In this document: piece by piece, positions 27,641 through 40,268 of the stretch
Numbering within the stretch: position 1 is the first letter of the stretch
Layout of the letters: each line of letters starts with the position of its first letter
Assembly: GCA_964016885.1 (NCBI GenBank)
Contig: OZ024744.1
Span: forward strand, 120,156,001-120,220,000
Direction: 5' to 3'
Origin: Eledone cirrhosa
Taxonomy: Eukaryota
Length of the DNA: 64,000 bases
Program-made: the position numbers and the translations under genes
The notes under the pieces: generated by a model
The model's input: only the letters and a program-made list of their open reading frames with translations
Database searches by the model: none
Told to the model about the DNA's origin: nothing

Positions 27641-30600
27641 ATCTGTGATCTCTCAATTTAGAGATTCTTTCCTGAGACATTCTAACTCCATGTCCACAGT
27701 ATCAGAGCTGTGATCTCTCAATTTAGAGATTCTTTTCTGAGATATTCTAACTACATGTCATAGTATTAGAGATGTGATCTCTCAATTCAGAGATTCTTTC
27801 CTGAGACATTCTAACCACATGTCTGTAGTATCAGAGCTGTATGCTCTCAATTCAGAGATTCTTTCCTGAGACATTCTAACCACATGTCATATTATCAGAG
27901 CTGTTATCTCTCAATTCAGAGATTCTTTCATAAGATATTCTAACCACATGTCATAGTATCAGAGCTGTGATCTCTCAATTCAGAGATCCTTTCCGGGGAT
28001 ATTCTAACCTCATGTCATAGTATCAGAGCTGTGATCTCTCAATTCAGAGATTCTTTCATGAGATATTCTAACCACATGTCATAATATCAGAACTATGATC
28101 TCTCAATTCAGAGATTCTTTCCTGAGACATTCTAATCTCATGTCTGTAGTATCAGAGCTGTGATCTCTCAATTCAGAGATTCTTTCCTGATACATTCTAA
28201 ACACATGTCATAGTATCAGAGCTGTGATCTCTCAATTCAGAGATTCTTTCCTGAGACATTCTAACCACGTCATAGTATCAGAGCTGTGATATCTCAATTC
28301 AGAGATTCTTTCCTGAGACATTCTAATCACATGTCATAGTATCAGAGCTGTGAACTCTCAATTTACATATTCTTTCCTGAGATATTCTAACCACATGTCA
28401 TAGTATTAGAGCTGTGATCTCTCAATTCAGAGGTTCTTTCCTGAGACATTCTAACCACATGTCTGTAGTATCAGAGCTGTGATCTCTCAATTAAGAGATT
28501 CTTTTCTGGGACATTCTAACCACATGTCATTGTATCAGGGCTGTGATCACTCAATTCAGAGATTCTTTCCTGAGACATTCTAAGCACATGTCATAGTATC
28601 AGAGCTGTGATCTCTTAATTTAGAGATTCTTTCATGAGATATTCTAACCACATGTCATAGTATCAGAGCTGTGATCTCTCAATTCAGAGATTCTTTCCTG
28701 AGACATTCTAACCACATGTCATAGTATCAGAGCTGTGATCTCTCAATTCAGAGATTCTTTCCTGAGACGTTCTAACCACATGTCATAGTATCAGAGCTTT
28801 GATATCTCAATTCAGAGATTCTTTCCTGAGATATTCTAACCACATGTCATAGTATCAGATCTGTGATCTCTCAATTCAGAGATTCTTTCCTGAGACATTC
28901 TAACCACATGTCACAGTATCAGAGCTGTGATCTCTCAATTCAGAGATTCTTTCCTCAGACATTCTAACCACATCTCATAGTATCGGAGCTGTGATCTCTC
29001 AATTCAGAGATTCTTTCCTGAGACATTCTAACCACATGTCATAGTATCAGAGCTTTGATATCTCAATTCAGAGATTCTTTCCTGAGATATTCTAACCACA
29101 TGTCATAGTATCAGATCTGTGATCTCTCAATTCAGAGATTCTTTCCTGAGACATTCTTACCACATGTCATAGTATCAGATCTGTGATCTCTCAATTCAGA
29201 GATTATTTCCTGAGATATTCTAACCACATGTCATAGTATCATAGCTGTCATCTCTCAATTCAGAGATTCTTTCCTGAGACATTCTAACCACATGCCATAG
29301 TATCAGAGCTGTGATCTCTCAATTTAGAGATTCTTTCAAAAGATATTCTAACCACATGTCATAGTATCAGAGCTGTGATCTCTCAATTTAGAGATTCTTT
29401 CCTGAGACATTCTAACTCCATGTCCACAGTATCAGAGCTGTGATCTCTCAATTTAGAGATTCTTTCCTGACATATTCTAACCACATGTCATAGTATTAGA
29501 GATGTGATCTCTCAATTCAGAGATTCTTTCCTGAGACATTCTAACCACATGTCTGTAGTATCAGAGCTGTATGCTCTCAATTCAGAGATTTTTTCCTGAG
29601 ACATTCTAACCACATGTCTGTAGTATCAGAGCTGTGATCTCTCAATTCAGAGATTCTTTCCTGAGAAATTCTAACCTCATGTTTGTAGTATCAGAGCTGT
29701 ATGCTCTTAATTCAGAGATTCTTTCCTGAAACATTCTAACCACATGTCTGTAGTATCAGAGCTGTATGCTCTCAATTCAGAGATTCTTTCCTGAGACATT
29801 CTAACCACATGTCATATTATCAGAGCTGTTATCTCTCAATTCAGAGATTCTTTCATGATATATTCTAACGACATGTCATAGTATCAGAGCTGTGATCTCT
29901 CAATTCAGAGATCCTTTCCGGGGATATTCTAACCTCATGTCATAGTATCAGATCTGTGATCTCTCAATTTAGAGATTCTTTCCTGAGACATTCTAACTCC
30001 ATGTCCACAGTATCAGAGCTGTGATCTCTCAATTTAGAGATTCTTTTCTGAGATATTCTAACTACATGTCATAGTATTAGAGATGTGATCTCTCAATTCA
30101 GAGATTCTTTCCTGAGACATTCTAACCACATGTCTGTAGTATCAGAGCTGTATGCTCTCAATTCAGAGATTCTTTCCTGAGACATTCTAACCACATGTCA
30201 TATTATCAGAGCTGTTATCTCTCAATTCAGAGATTCTTTCATAAGATATTCTAACCACATGTCATAGTATCAGAGCTGTGATCTCTCAATTCAGAGATCC
30301 TTTCCGGGGATATTCTAACCTCATGTCATAGTATCAGAGCTGTGATCTCTCAATTCAGAGATTCTTTCATGAGATATTCTAACCACATGTCATAATATCA
30401 GAACTATGATCTCTCAATTCAGAGATTCTTTCCTGAGACATTCTAATCTCATGTCTGTAGTATCAGAGCTGTGATCTCTCAATTCAGAGATTCTTTCCTG
30501 ATACATTCTAAACACATGTCATAGTATCAGAGCTGTGATCTCTCAATTCAGAGATTCTTTCCTGAGACATTCTAACCACGTCATAGTATCAGAGCTGTGA

Positions 30601-32262
30601 TATCTCAATTCAGAGATTCTTTCCTGAGACATTCTAATCACATGTCATAGTATCAGAGCTGTGAACTCTCAATTTACATATTCTTTCCTGAGATATTCTA
30701 ACCACATGTCATAGTATTAGAGCTGTGATCTCTCAATTCAGAGGTTCTTTCCTGAGACATTCTAACCACATGTCTGTAGTATCAGAGCTGTGATCTCTCA
30801 ATTAAGAGATTCTTTTCTGGGACATTCTAACCACATGTCATTGTATCAGGGCTGTGATCACTCAATTCAGAGATTCTTTCCTGAGACATTCTAAGCACAT
30901 GTCATAGTATCAGAGCTGTGATCTCTTAATTTAGAGATTCTTTCATGAGATATTCTAACCACATGTCATAGTATCAGAGCTGTGATCTCTCAATTCAGAG
31001 ATTCTTTCCTGAGACATTCTAACCACATGTCATAGTATCAGAGCTGTGATCTCTCAATTCAGAGATTCTTTCCTGAGACGTTCTAACCACATGTCATAGT
31101 ATCAGAGCTTTGATATCTCAATTCAGAGATTCTTTCCTGAGATATTCTAACCACATGTCATAGTATCAGATCTGTGATCTCTCAATTCAGAGATTCTTTC
31201 CTGAGACATTCTAACCACATGTCACAGTATCAGAGCTGTGATCTCTCAATTCAGAGATTCTTTCCTCAGACATTCTAACCACATCTCATAGTATCGGAGC
31301 TGTGATCTCTCAATTCAGAGATTCTTTCCTGAGACATTCTAACCACATGTCATAGTATCAGAGCTTTGATATCTCAATTCAGAGATTCTTTCCTGAGATA
31401 TTCTAACCACATGTCATAGTATCAGATCTGTGATCTCTCAATTCAGAGATTCTTTCCTGAGACATTCTTACCACATGTCATAGTATCAGATCTGTGATCT
31501 CTCAATTCAGAGATTATTTCCTGAGATATTCTAACCACATGTCATAGTATCATAGCTGTCATCTCTCAATTCAGAGATTCTTTCCTGAGACATTCTAACC
31601 ACATGCCATAGTATCAGAGCTGTGATCTCTCAATTTAGAGATTCTTTCAAAAGATATTCTAACCACATGTCATAGTATCAGAGCTGTGATCTCTCAATTT
31701 AGAGATTCTTTCCTGAGACATTCTAACTCCATGTCCACAGTATCAGAGCTGTGATCTCTCAATTTAGAGATTCTTTCCTGACATATTCTAACCACATGTC
31801 ATAGTATTAGAGATGTGATCTCTCAATTCAGAGATTCTTTCCTGAGACATTCTAACCACATGTCTGTAGTATCAGAGCTGTATGCTCTCAATTCAGAGAT
31901 TTTTTCCTGAGACATTCTAACCACATGTCTGTAGTATCAGAGCTGTGATCTCTCAATTCAGAGATTCTTTCCTGAGAAATTCTAACCTCATGTTTGTAGT
32001 ATCAGAGCTGTATGCTCTTAATTCAGAGATTCTTTCCTGAAACATTCTAACCACATGTCTGTAGTATCAGAGCTGTATGCTCTCAATTCAGAGATTCTTT
32101 CCTGAGACATTCTAACCACATGTCATATTATCAGAGCTGTTATCTCTCAATTCAGAGATTCTTTCATGATATATTCTAACGACATGTCATAGTATCAGAG
32201 CTGTGATCTCTCAATTCAGAGATCCTTTCCGGGGATATTCTAACCTCATGTCATAGTATCAG
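27641..32262 (+). repeat. Tandem duplication of a 36-monomer (2311-bp) block
   Basis: tctaactcca at 27681/29992, catgccatag at 29291/31602 and aacgacatg at 29867/32178, all at offset 2311. Confidence 0.9.
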
Positions 32263-35200
32263 ATCTGTGATCTCTCAATTCAGAGATTCTTTCCTGAGAC
32301 ATTCAAACCACATGTCATAGTATTAGAGCTGTGATCTCTCAATTCAGAGATTCTTTACTGAGACATTCTTACCACATGTAGTATCAGAGCTGTGATCTCT
32401 CAATTTAGAGATTCTTTCATGAGATATTCTAACCACATGTCATAATATCAGAACTATGATCTCTCAATTCAGAGATTCTTTCCTGAGACATTCTAACCTC
32501 ATGTCTGTAGTATCAGAGCTGTGATCTCTCAATTCATAGATTCTTTCCTGATACATTCTAACCACATGTCATAGTATCAGAGCTGTGATCTCTCAATTCA
32601 GAGATTCTTTCCTGAGACATTCTAACCACGTCATAGTATCAGAGCTGTGATATCCCAATTCAGAGATTCTTTCCTGAGACATTCTAATCACATGTCATAG
32701 TATCAGAGCTGTGAACTCTCAATTTACATATTCTTTCCTGAGATATTCTAACCACATGTCATAGTATTAGAGCTGTGATCTCTCAATTCAGAGGTTCTTT
32801 CCTGAGACATTCTAACCACATGTCTGTAGTATCAGAGCTGTGATCTCTCAATTAAGAGATTCTTTCCTGGGACATTCTAACCACATGTCATAGTATCAGG
32901 GCTGTGATCTCTCAATTCAGAGATTCTTTCCTGAGACATTCTAACCACATGTCATAGTATCAGACCTGTGATCTCTTAATTTAGAGATACTTTCATGAGA
33001 TATTCTAAACACATGTCATAGTATCAGAGCTGTGATCTCTCAATTCAGAGATTCTTTCCTGAGACATTCTAACCACATGTTATAGTATCAGAGCTGTGAT
33101 CTCTCAATTCAGAGATTCTTTCCTGAGACATTCTAACCACATGTCATAGTATCAGAACTTTGATATCTCAATTCAGAGATTCTTTCCTGAGATTTTCTAA
33201 CCACATGTCATATTATCAGATCTGTGATCTCTCCATTCAGAGATTCTTTCCTGAGACATTCTAACCACATGTCACAGTATCAGAGCTGTATGCTCTCAAT
33301 TCAGAGATTTTTTCCTGAGACATTCTAACCACATATCATAGTATCACAGCTGTGATCTCTCAATTCGGAGATTCTTTCCTGAGACATTCTAACCACATGG
33401 CATAGTATCAGATCTGTGATATCTCAATTCAGAGATTCTTTCATGAGATATTCTAACCACATGTCATAATATCAGAACTATGATCTCTCAATTCAGAGAT
33501 TCTTTCCTGAGACATTCTAATCTCATGTCTGTAGTATCAGAGCTGTGATATCTCAATTCAGAGATTCTTTCCTGATACATTCTAAACACATGTCATAGTA
33601 TCAGAGCTGTGATCTCTCAATTCAGAGATTCTTTCCTGAGACATTCTAACCACGTCATAGTATCAGAGCTGTGATATCTCAATTCAGAGATTCTTTCCTG
33701 AGACATTCTAATCACATGTCATAGTATCAGAGCTGTGAACTCTCAATTTACATATTCTTTCCTGAGATATTCTAACCACATGTCATAGTATTAGAGCTGT
33801 GATCTCTCAATTCAGAGGTTCTTTCCTGAGACATTCTAACCACATGTCTGTAGTATCAGAGCTGTGATCTCTCAATTAAGAGATTCTTTTCTGGGACATT
33901 CTAACCACATGTCATTGTATCAGGGCTGTGATCACTCAATTCAGAGATTCTTTCCTGAGACATTCTAAGCACATGTCATAGTATCAGAGCTGTGATCTCT
34001 TAATTTAGAGATTCTTTCATGAGATATTCTAACCACATGTCATAGTATCAGAGCTGTGATCTCTCAATTCAGAGATTCTTTCCTGAGACATTCTAACCAC
34101 ATGTCATAGTATCAGAGCTGTGATCTCTCAATTCAGAGATTCTTTCCTGAGACGTTCTAACCACATGTCATAGTATCAGAGCTTTGATATCTCAATTCAG
34201 AGATTCTTTCCTGAGATATTCTAACCACATGTCATAGTATCAGATCTGTGATCTCTCAATTCAGAGATTCTTTCCTGAGACATTCTAACCACATGTCACA
34301 GTATCAGAGCTGTGATCTCTCAATTCAGAGATTCTTTCCTCAGACATTCTAACCACATCTCATAGTATCGGAGCTGTGATCTCTCAATTTAGAGATTCTT
34401 TCATGAGATATTCTAACCACATGTCATAATATCAGAACTATGATCTCTCAATTCAGAGATTCTTTCCTGAGACATTCTAACCTCATGTCTGTAGTATCAG
34501 AGCTGTGATCTCTCAATTCATAGATTCTTTCCTGATACATTCTAACCACATGTCATAGTATCAGAGCTGTGATCTCTCAATTCAGAGATTCTTTCCTGAG
34601 ACATTCTAACCACGTCATAGTATCAGAGCTGTGATATCCCAATTCAGAGATTCTTTCCTGAGACATTCTAATCACATGTCATAGTATCAGAGCTGTGAAC
34701 TCTCAATTTACATATTCTTTCCTGAGATATTCTAACCACATGTCATAGTATTAGAGCTGTGATCTCTCAATTCAGAGGTTCTTTCCTGAGACATTCTAAC
34801 CACATGTCTGTAGTATCAGAGCTGTGATCTCTCAATTAAGAGATTCTTTCCTGGGACATTCTAACCACATGTCATAGTATCAGGGCTGTGATCTCTCAAT
34901 TCAGAGATTCTTTCCTGAGACATTCTAACCACATGTCATAGTATCAGACCTGTGATCTCTTAATTTAGAGATACTTTCATGAGATATTCTAAACACATGT
35001 CATAGTATCAGAGCTGTGATCTCTCAATTCAGAGATTCTTTCCTGAGACATTCTAACCACATGTTATAGTATCAGAGCTGTGATCTCTCAATTCAGAGAT
35101 TCTTTCCTGAGACATTCTAACCACATGTCATAGTATCAGAACTTTGATATCTCAATTCAGAGATTCTTTCCTGAGATTTTCTAACCACATGTCATATTAT

Positions 35201-38200
35201 CAGATCTGTGATCTCTCCATTCAGAGATTCTTTCCTGAGACATTCTAACCACATGTCACAGTATCAGAGCTGTATGCTCTCAATTCAGAGATTTTTTCCT
35301 GAGACATTCTAACCACATATCATAGTATCACAGCTGTGATCTCTCAATTCGGAGATTCTTTCCTGAGACATTCTAACCACATGGCATAGTATCAGATCTG
35401 TGATATCTCAATTCAGAGATTCTTTCATGAGATATTCTAACCACATGTCATAATATCAGAACTATGATCTCTCAATTCAGAGATTCTTTCCTGAGACATT
35501 CTAATCTCATGTCTGTAGTATCAGAGCTGTGATCTCTCAATTCAGAGATTCTTTCCTGATACATTCTAAACACATGTCATAGTATCAGAGCTGTGATCTC
35601 TCAATTCAGAGATTCTTTCCTGAGACATTCTAACCACGTCATAGTATCAGAGCTGTGATATCTCAATTCAGAGATTCTTTCCTGAGACATTCTAATCACA
35701 TGTCATAGTATCAGAGCTGTGAACTCTCAATTTACATATTCTTTCCTGAGATATTCTAACCACATGTCATAGTATTAGAGCTGTGATCTCTCAATTCAGA
35801 GGTTCTTTCCTGAGACATTCTAACCACATGTCTGTAGTATCAGAGCTGTGATCTCTCAATTAAGAGATTCTTTTCTGGGACATTCTAACCACATGTCATT
35901 GTATCAGGGCTGTGATCACTCAATTCAGAGATTCTTTCCTGAGACATTCTAAGCACATGTCATAGTATCAGAGCTGTGATCTCTTAATTTAGAGATTCTT
36001 TCATGAGATATTCTAACCACATGTCATAGTATCAGAGCTGTGATCTCTCAATTCAGAGATTCTTTCCTGAGACATTCTAACCACATGTCATAGTATCAGA
36101 GCTGTGATCTCTCAATTCAGAGATTCTTTCCTGAGACGTTCTAACCACATGTCATAGTATCAGAGCTTTGATATCTCAATTCAGAGATTCTTTCCTGAGA
36201 TATTCTAACCACATGTCATAGTATCAGATCTGTGATCTCTCAATTCAGAGATTCTTTCCTGAGACATTCTAACCACATGTCACAGTATCAGAGCTGTGAT
36301 CTCTCAATTCAGAGATTCTTTCCTCAGACATTCTAACCACATCTCATAGTATCGGAGCTGTGATCTCTCAATTCAGAGATTCTTTCCTGAGACATTCTAA
36401 CCACATGTCATAGTATCAGAGCTTTGATATCTCAATTCAGAGATTCTTTCCTGAGATATTCTAACCACATGTCATAGTATCAGATCTGTGATCTCTCAAT
36501 TCAGAGATTCTTTCCTGAGACATTCTTACCACATGTCATAGTATCAGATCTGTGATCTCTCAATTCAGAGATTATTTCCTGAGATATTCTAACCACATGT
36601 CATAGTATCATAGCTGTCATCTCTCAATTCAGAGATTCTTTCCTGAGACATTCTAACCACATGCCATAGTATCAGAGCTGTGATCTCTCAATTTAGAGAT
36701 TCTTTCAAAAGATATTCTAACCACATGTCATAGTATCAGAGCTGTGATCTCTCAATTTAGAGATTCTTTCCTGAGACATTCTAACTCCATGTCCACAGTA
36801 TCAGAGCTGTGATCTCTCAATTTAGAGATTCTTTCCTGACATATTCTAACCACATGTCATAGTATTAGAGATGTGATCTCTCAATTCAGAGATTCTTTCC
36901 TGAGACATTCTAACCACATGTCTGTAGTATCAGAGCTGTATGCTCTCAATTCAGAGATTTTTTCCTGAGACATTCTAACCACATGTCTGTAGTATCAGAG
37001 CTGTGATCTCTCAATTCAGAGATTCTTTCCTGAGAAATTCTAACCTCATGTTTGTAGTATCAGAGCTGTATGCTCTTAATTCAGAGATTCTTTCCTGAAA
37101 CATTCTAACCACATGTCTGTAGTATCAGAGCTGTATGCTCTCAATTCAGAGATTCTTTCCTGAGACGTTCTAACCACATGTCATATTATCAGAGCTGTTA
37201 TCTCTCAATTCAGAGATTCTTTCATGATATATTCTAACGACATGTCATAGTATCAGAGCTGTGATCTCTCAATTCAGAGATCCTTTCCGGGGATATTCTA
37301 ACCTCATGTCATAGTATCAGATCTGTGATCTCTCAATTCAGAGATTCTTTCCTGAGACATTCAAACCACATGTCATAGTATTAGAGCTGTGATCTCTCAA
37401 TTCAGAGATTCTTTACTGAGACATTCTTACCACATGTAGTATCAGAGCTGTGATCTCTCAATTTAGAGATTCTTTCATGAGATATTCTAACCACATGTCA
37501 TAATATCAGAACTATGATCTCTCAATTCAGAGATTCTTTCCTGAGACATTCTAACCTCATGTCTGTAGTATCAGAGCTGTGATCTCTCAATTCATAGATT
37601 CTTTCCTGATACATTCTAACCACATGTCATAGTATCAGAGCTGTGATCTCTCAATTCAGAGATTCTTTCCTGAGACATTCTAACCACGTCATAGTATCAG
37701 AGCTGTGATATCCCAATTCAGAGATTCTTTCCTGAGACATTCTAATCACATGTCATAGTATCAGAGCTGTGAACTCTCAATTTACATATTCTTTCCTGAG
37801 ATATTCTAACCACATGTCATAGTATTAGAGCTGTGATCTCTCAATTCAGAGGTTCTTTCCTGAGACATTCTAACCACATGTCTGTAGTATCAGAGCTGTG
37901 ATCTCTCAATTAAGAGATTCTTTCCTGGGACATTCTAACCACATGTCATAGTATCAGGGCTGTGATCTCTCAATTCAGAGATTCTTTCCTGAGACATTCT
38001 AACCACATGTCATAGTATCAGACCTGTGATCTCTTAATTTAGAGATACTTTCATGAGATATTCTAAACACATGTCATAGTATCAGAGCTGTGATCTCTCA
38101 ATTCAGAGATTCTTTCCTGAGACATTCTAACCACATGTTATAGTATCAGAGCTGTGATCTCTCAATTCAGAGATTCTTTCCTGAGACATTCTAACCACAT

Positions 38201-38492
38201 GTCATAGTATCAGAACTTTGATATCTCAATTCAGAGATTCTTTCCTGAGATTTTCTAACCACATGTCATATTATCAGATCTGTGATCTCTCCATTCAGAG
38301 ATTCTTTCCTGAGACATTCTAACCACATGTCACAGTATCAGAGCTGTATGCTCTCAATTCAGAGATTTTTTCCTGAGACATTCTAACCACATATCATAGT
38401 ATCACAGCTGTGATCTCTCAATTCGGAGATTCTTTCCTGAGACATTCTAACCACATGGCATAGTATCAGATCTGTGATATCTCAATTCAGAG
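30361..38492 (+). repeat. Tandem duplication of a 48-monomer (3074-bp) block, overlapped by a 1984-bp duplication
   Basis: attctttcat...gaactatgat...aatctcatg at 30361/33435 (offset 3074); tatcccaatt at 34635/37709 (offset 3074); ttctttactg at 32351/37409 (offset 5058 = 3074+1984). Confidence 0.8.
32391..36358 (+). repeat. Tandem duplication of a 31-monomer (1984-bp) block
   Basis: tatcccaatt at 32651/34635, caattcggag at 33361/35345 and gacgtt at 34151/36135, all at offset 1984. Confidence 0.9.
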
Positions 38493-40256
38493 ATTCTTTC
38501 CTGAGATATTCTAACCACATGTAATAGTATCAGAGCTGGGATCTCTCAATTCAGATATTCTTTCCTGAGACATTCTAACCACATGTCATAGGATCAGAGT
38601 TGTGATCTCTCAATTCAGAGATTCTTTCCTGAGATATTCTAACCACATGTAATATTATCAGATCTGTGATCTCTCAATTCAGAGATTCTTTCCTGAGACA
38701 TTCTAACCACATGTCTGTAGTATCAGAGCTGTGATCTCTCAATTCAGAGATTCTTTCCTGAGAAATTCTAACCACATGTCTGTAGTATCAGAGCTGTATG
38801 CTCTCAATTCAGAGATTCTTTCCTGAGACGTTCTAACCACATGTCATAGTATCAGAGCTGTTATCTCTCAATTCAGTGATTCTTTCCTGAGACATTCTAA
38901 CCACATGGCATAGTATCAGAGCTGTGATATCTCAATTCAGAGATTCTTTCCTGAGCTATTCTAACCACATGTCATAGTATCAGAGCTGTGATCTCTCAAT
39001 TCAGATATTCTATCGTGAGACATTCTAACCACATGTCATAGCATCAGAGATGTGATCTCTCAATTCAGATATTCTTTCCTGAGACATTAAAGCCACATGT
39101 CATAGGATCAGAGTTGTGATCTCTCAATTCAGAGATTCTTTCCTGAGATATTGTAAACACATGTCATATTATCAGAGCTGTTATCTCTCAATTCAGAGAT
39201 TCTATCCTGAGACATTCTAACCACATGTCATAGTATCAGAACTGTTCTCTGTAAATTTAGAGATTCTTTTATGAGATATTTTAACCACATGTCATAGTAT
39301 CAGAGCTGTGATCTCCCAATTCAGACATTCTTTCCTGGGATATTCTAGCCACATGTCATAGTATCAGAGCTGTGATCTCTCAATTCAGATATTCTTTCCT
39401 GAGACATTAAAGCCACATGTCATAGGATCAGAGTTGTGATCTCTCAATTCAGAGATTTTTTCCTGAGATATTCTAACCACATGTCATATTATCAGAGCTG
39501 TGATCTCTCAATTCAGAGATTCTTTCCTGAGATATTGTAAACACATGTCATATTATCAGAGCTGTGATCTCTCAATTCAGAGATTTTTTCCTGAGATATA
39601 GAATATATCACATGTCATATTATCAGAGCTGTGATCTCTCAATTCAGATATTCTTTCCTGAGACATTCTAACCACATGTCATATTATCAGAGTTGTGATC
39701 TCTCAATTCAGTGATTCTTTCCTGAGATATTCTAACCAAATGTCATAGTATCAGAGCTGTGATATCTCAATTCAGAGATTCTTTCCTGAGACATTCTTAC
39801 CACATGTCATAGTATCAGAGCTGTGATCTCTAAATTTAGTGATTCTTTCATGAGATATTTCAACCACATGTCATAGTATCAGAGCTGTGATCTCTCAATT
39901 CAGAGATTCATTCCTGAGACAGTCTAAGCTCGTCATAGTATCAGAGCTGTGATATCTCAATTCAGAGATTCTTTCCTGAGACATTCTAACCACATGTTAT
40001 AGTATCAGAGCTGTGATCTCTCAATTTAGATATTCGTTCCTGAGATATTCTAACCACATGTCTGTAGTATCAGAGCTGTGATCTCTCAATTCAGAGATTC
40101 TTTGCTGAGACATTCTAACCACATGTCATAGTATCAGATCTGTGATCTCTCAATTCAGAGATTCTTCCCTGAGACATTCTAACCACATGTCATAGTATCA
40201 GAGCTGTGATCTCTCAATTCAGAGATTCTTTCCTGAGACATTCTAACCACATTTCA

Positions 40257-40268
40257 TGGTATCAGAGC
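40257..40268 (+). other. Exact tRNA-iMet primer-binding-site motif TGGTATCAGAGC directly after TTTCA
   Basis: The sequence reads atttca-tggtatcagagc. This 12-mer is the complement of the 3' end of plant initiator tRNA-Met. The match is direct; any function or origin is inferred. Confidence 0.45.
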
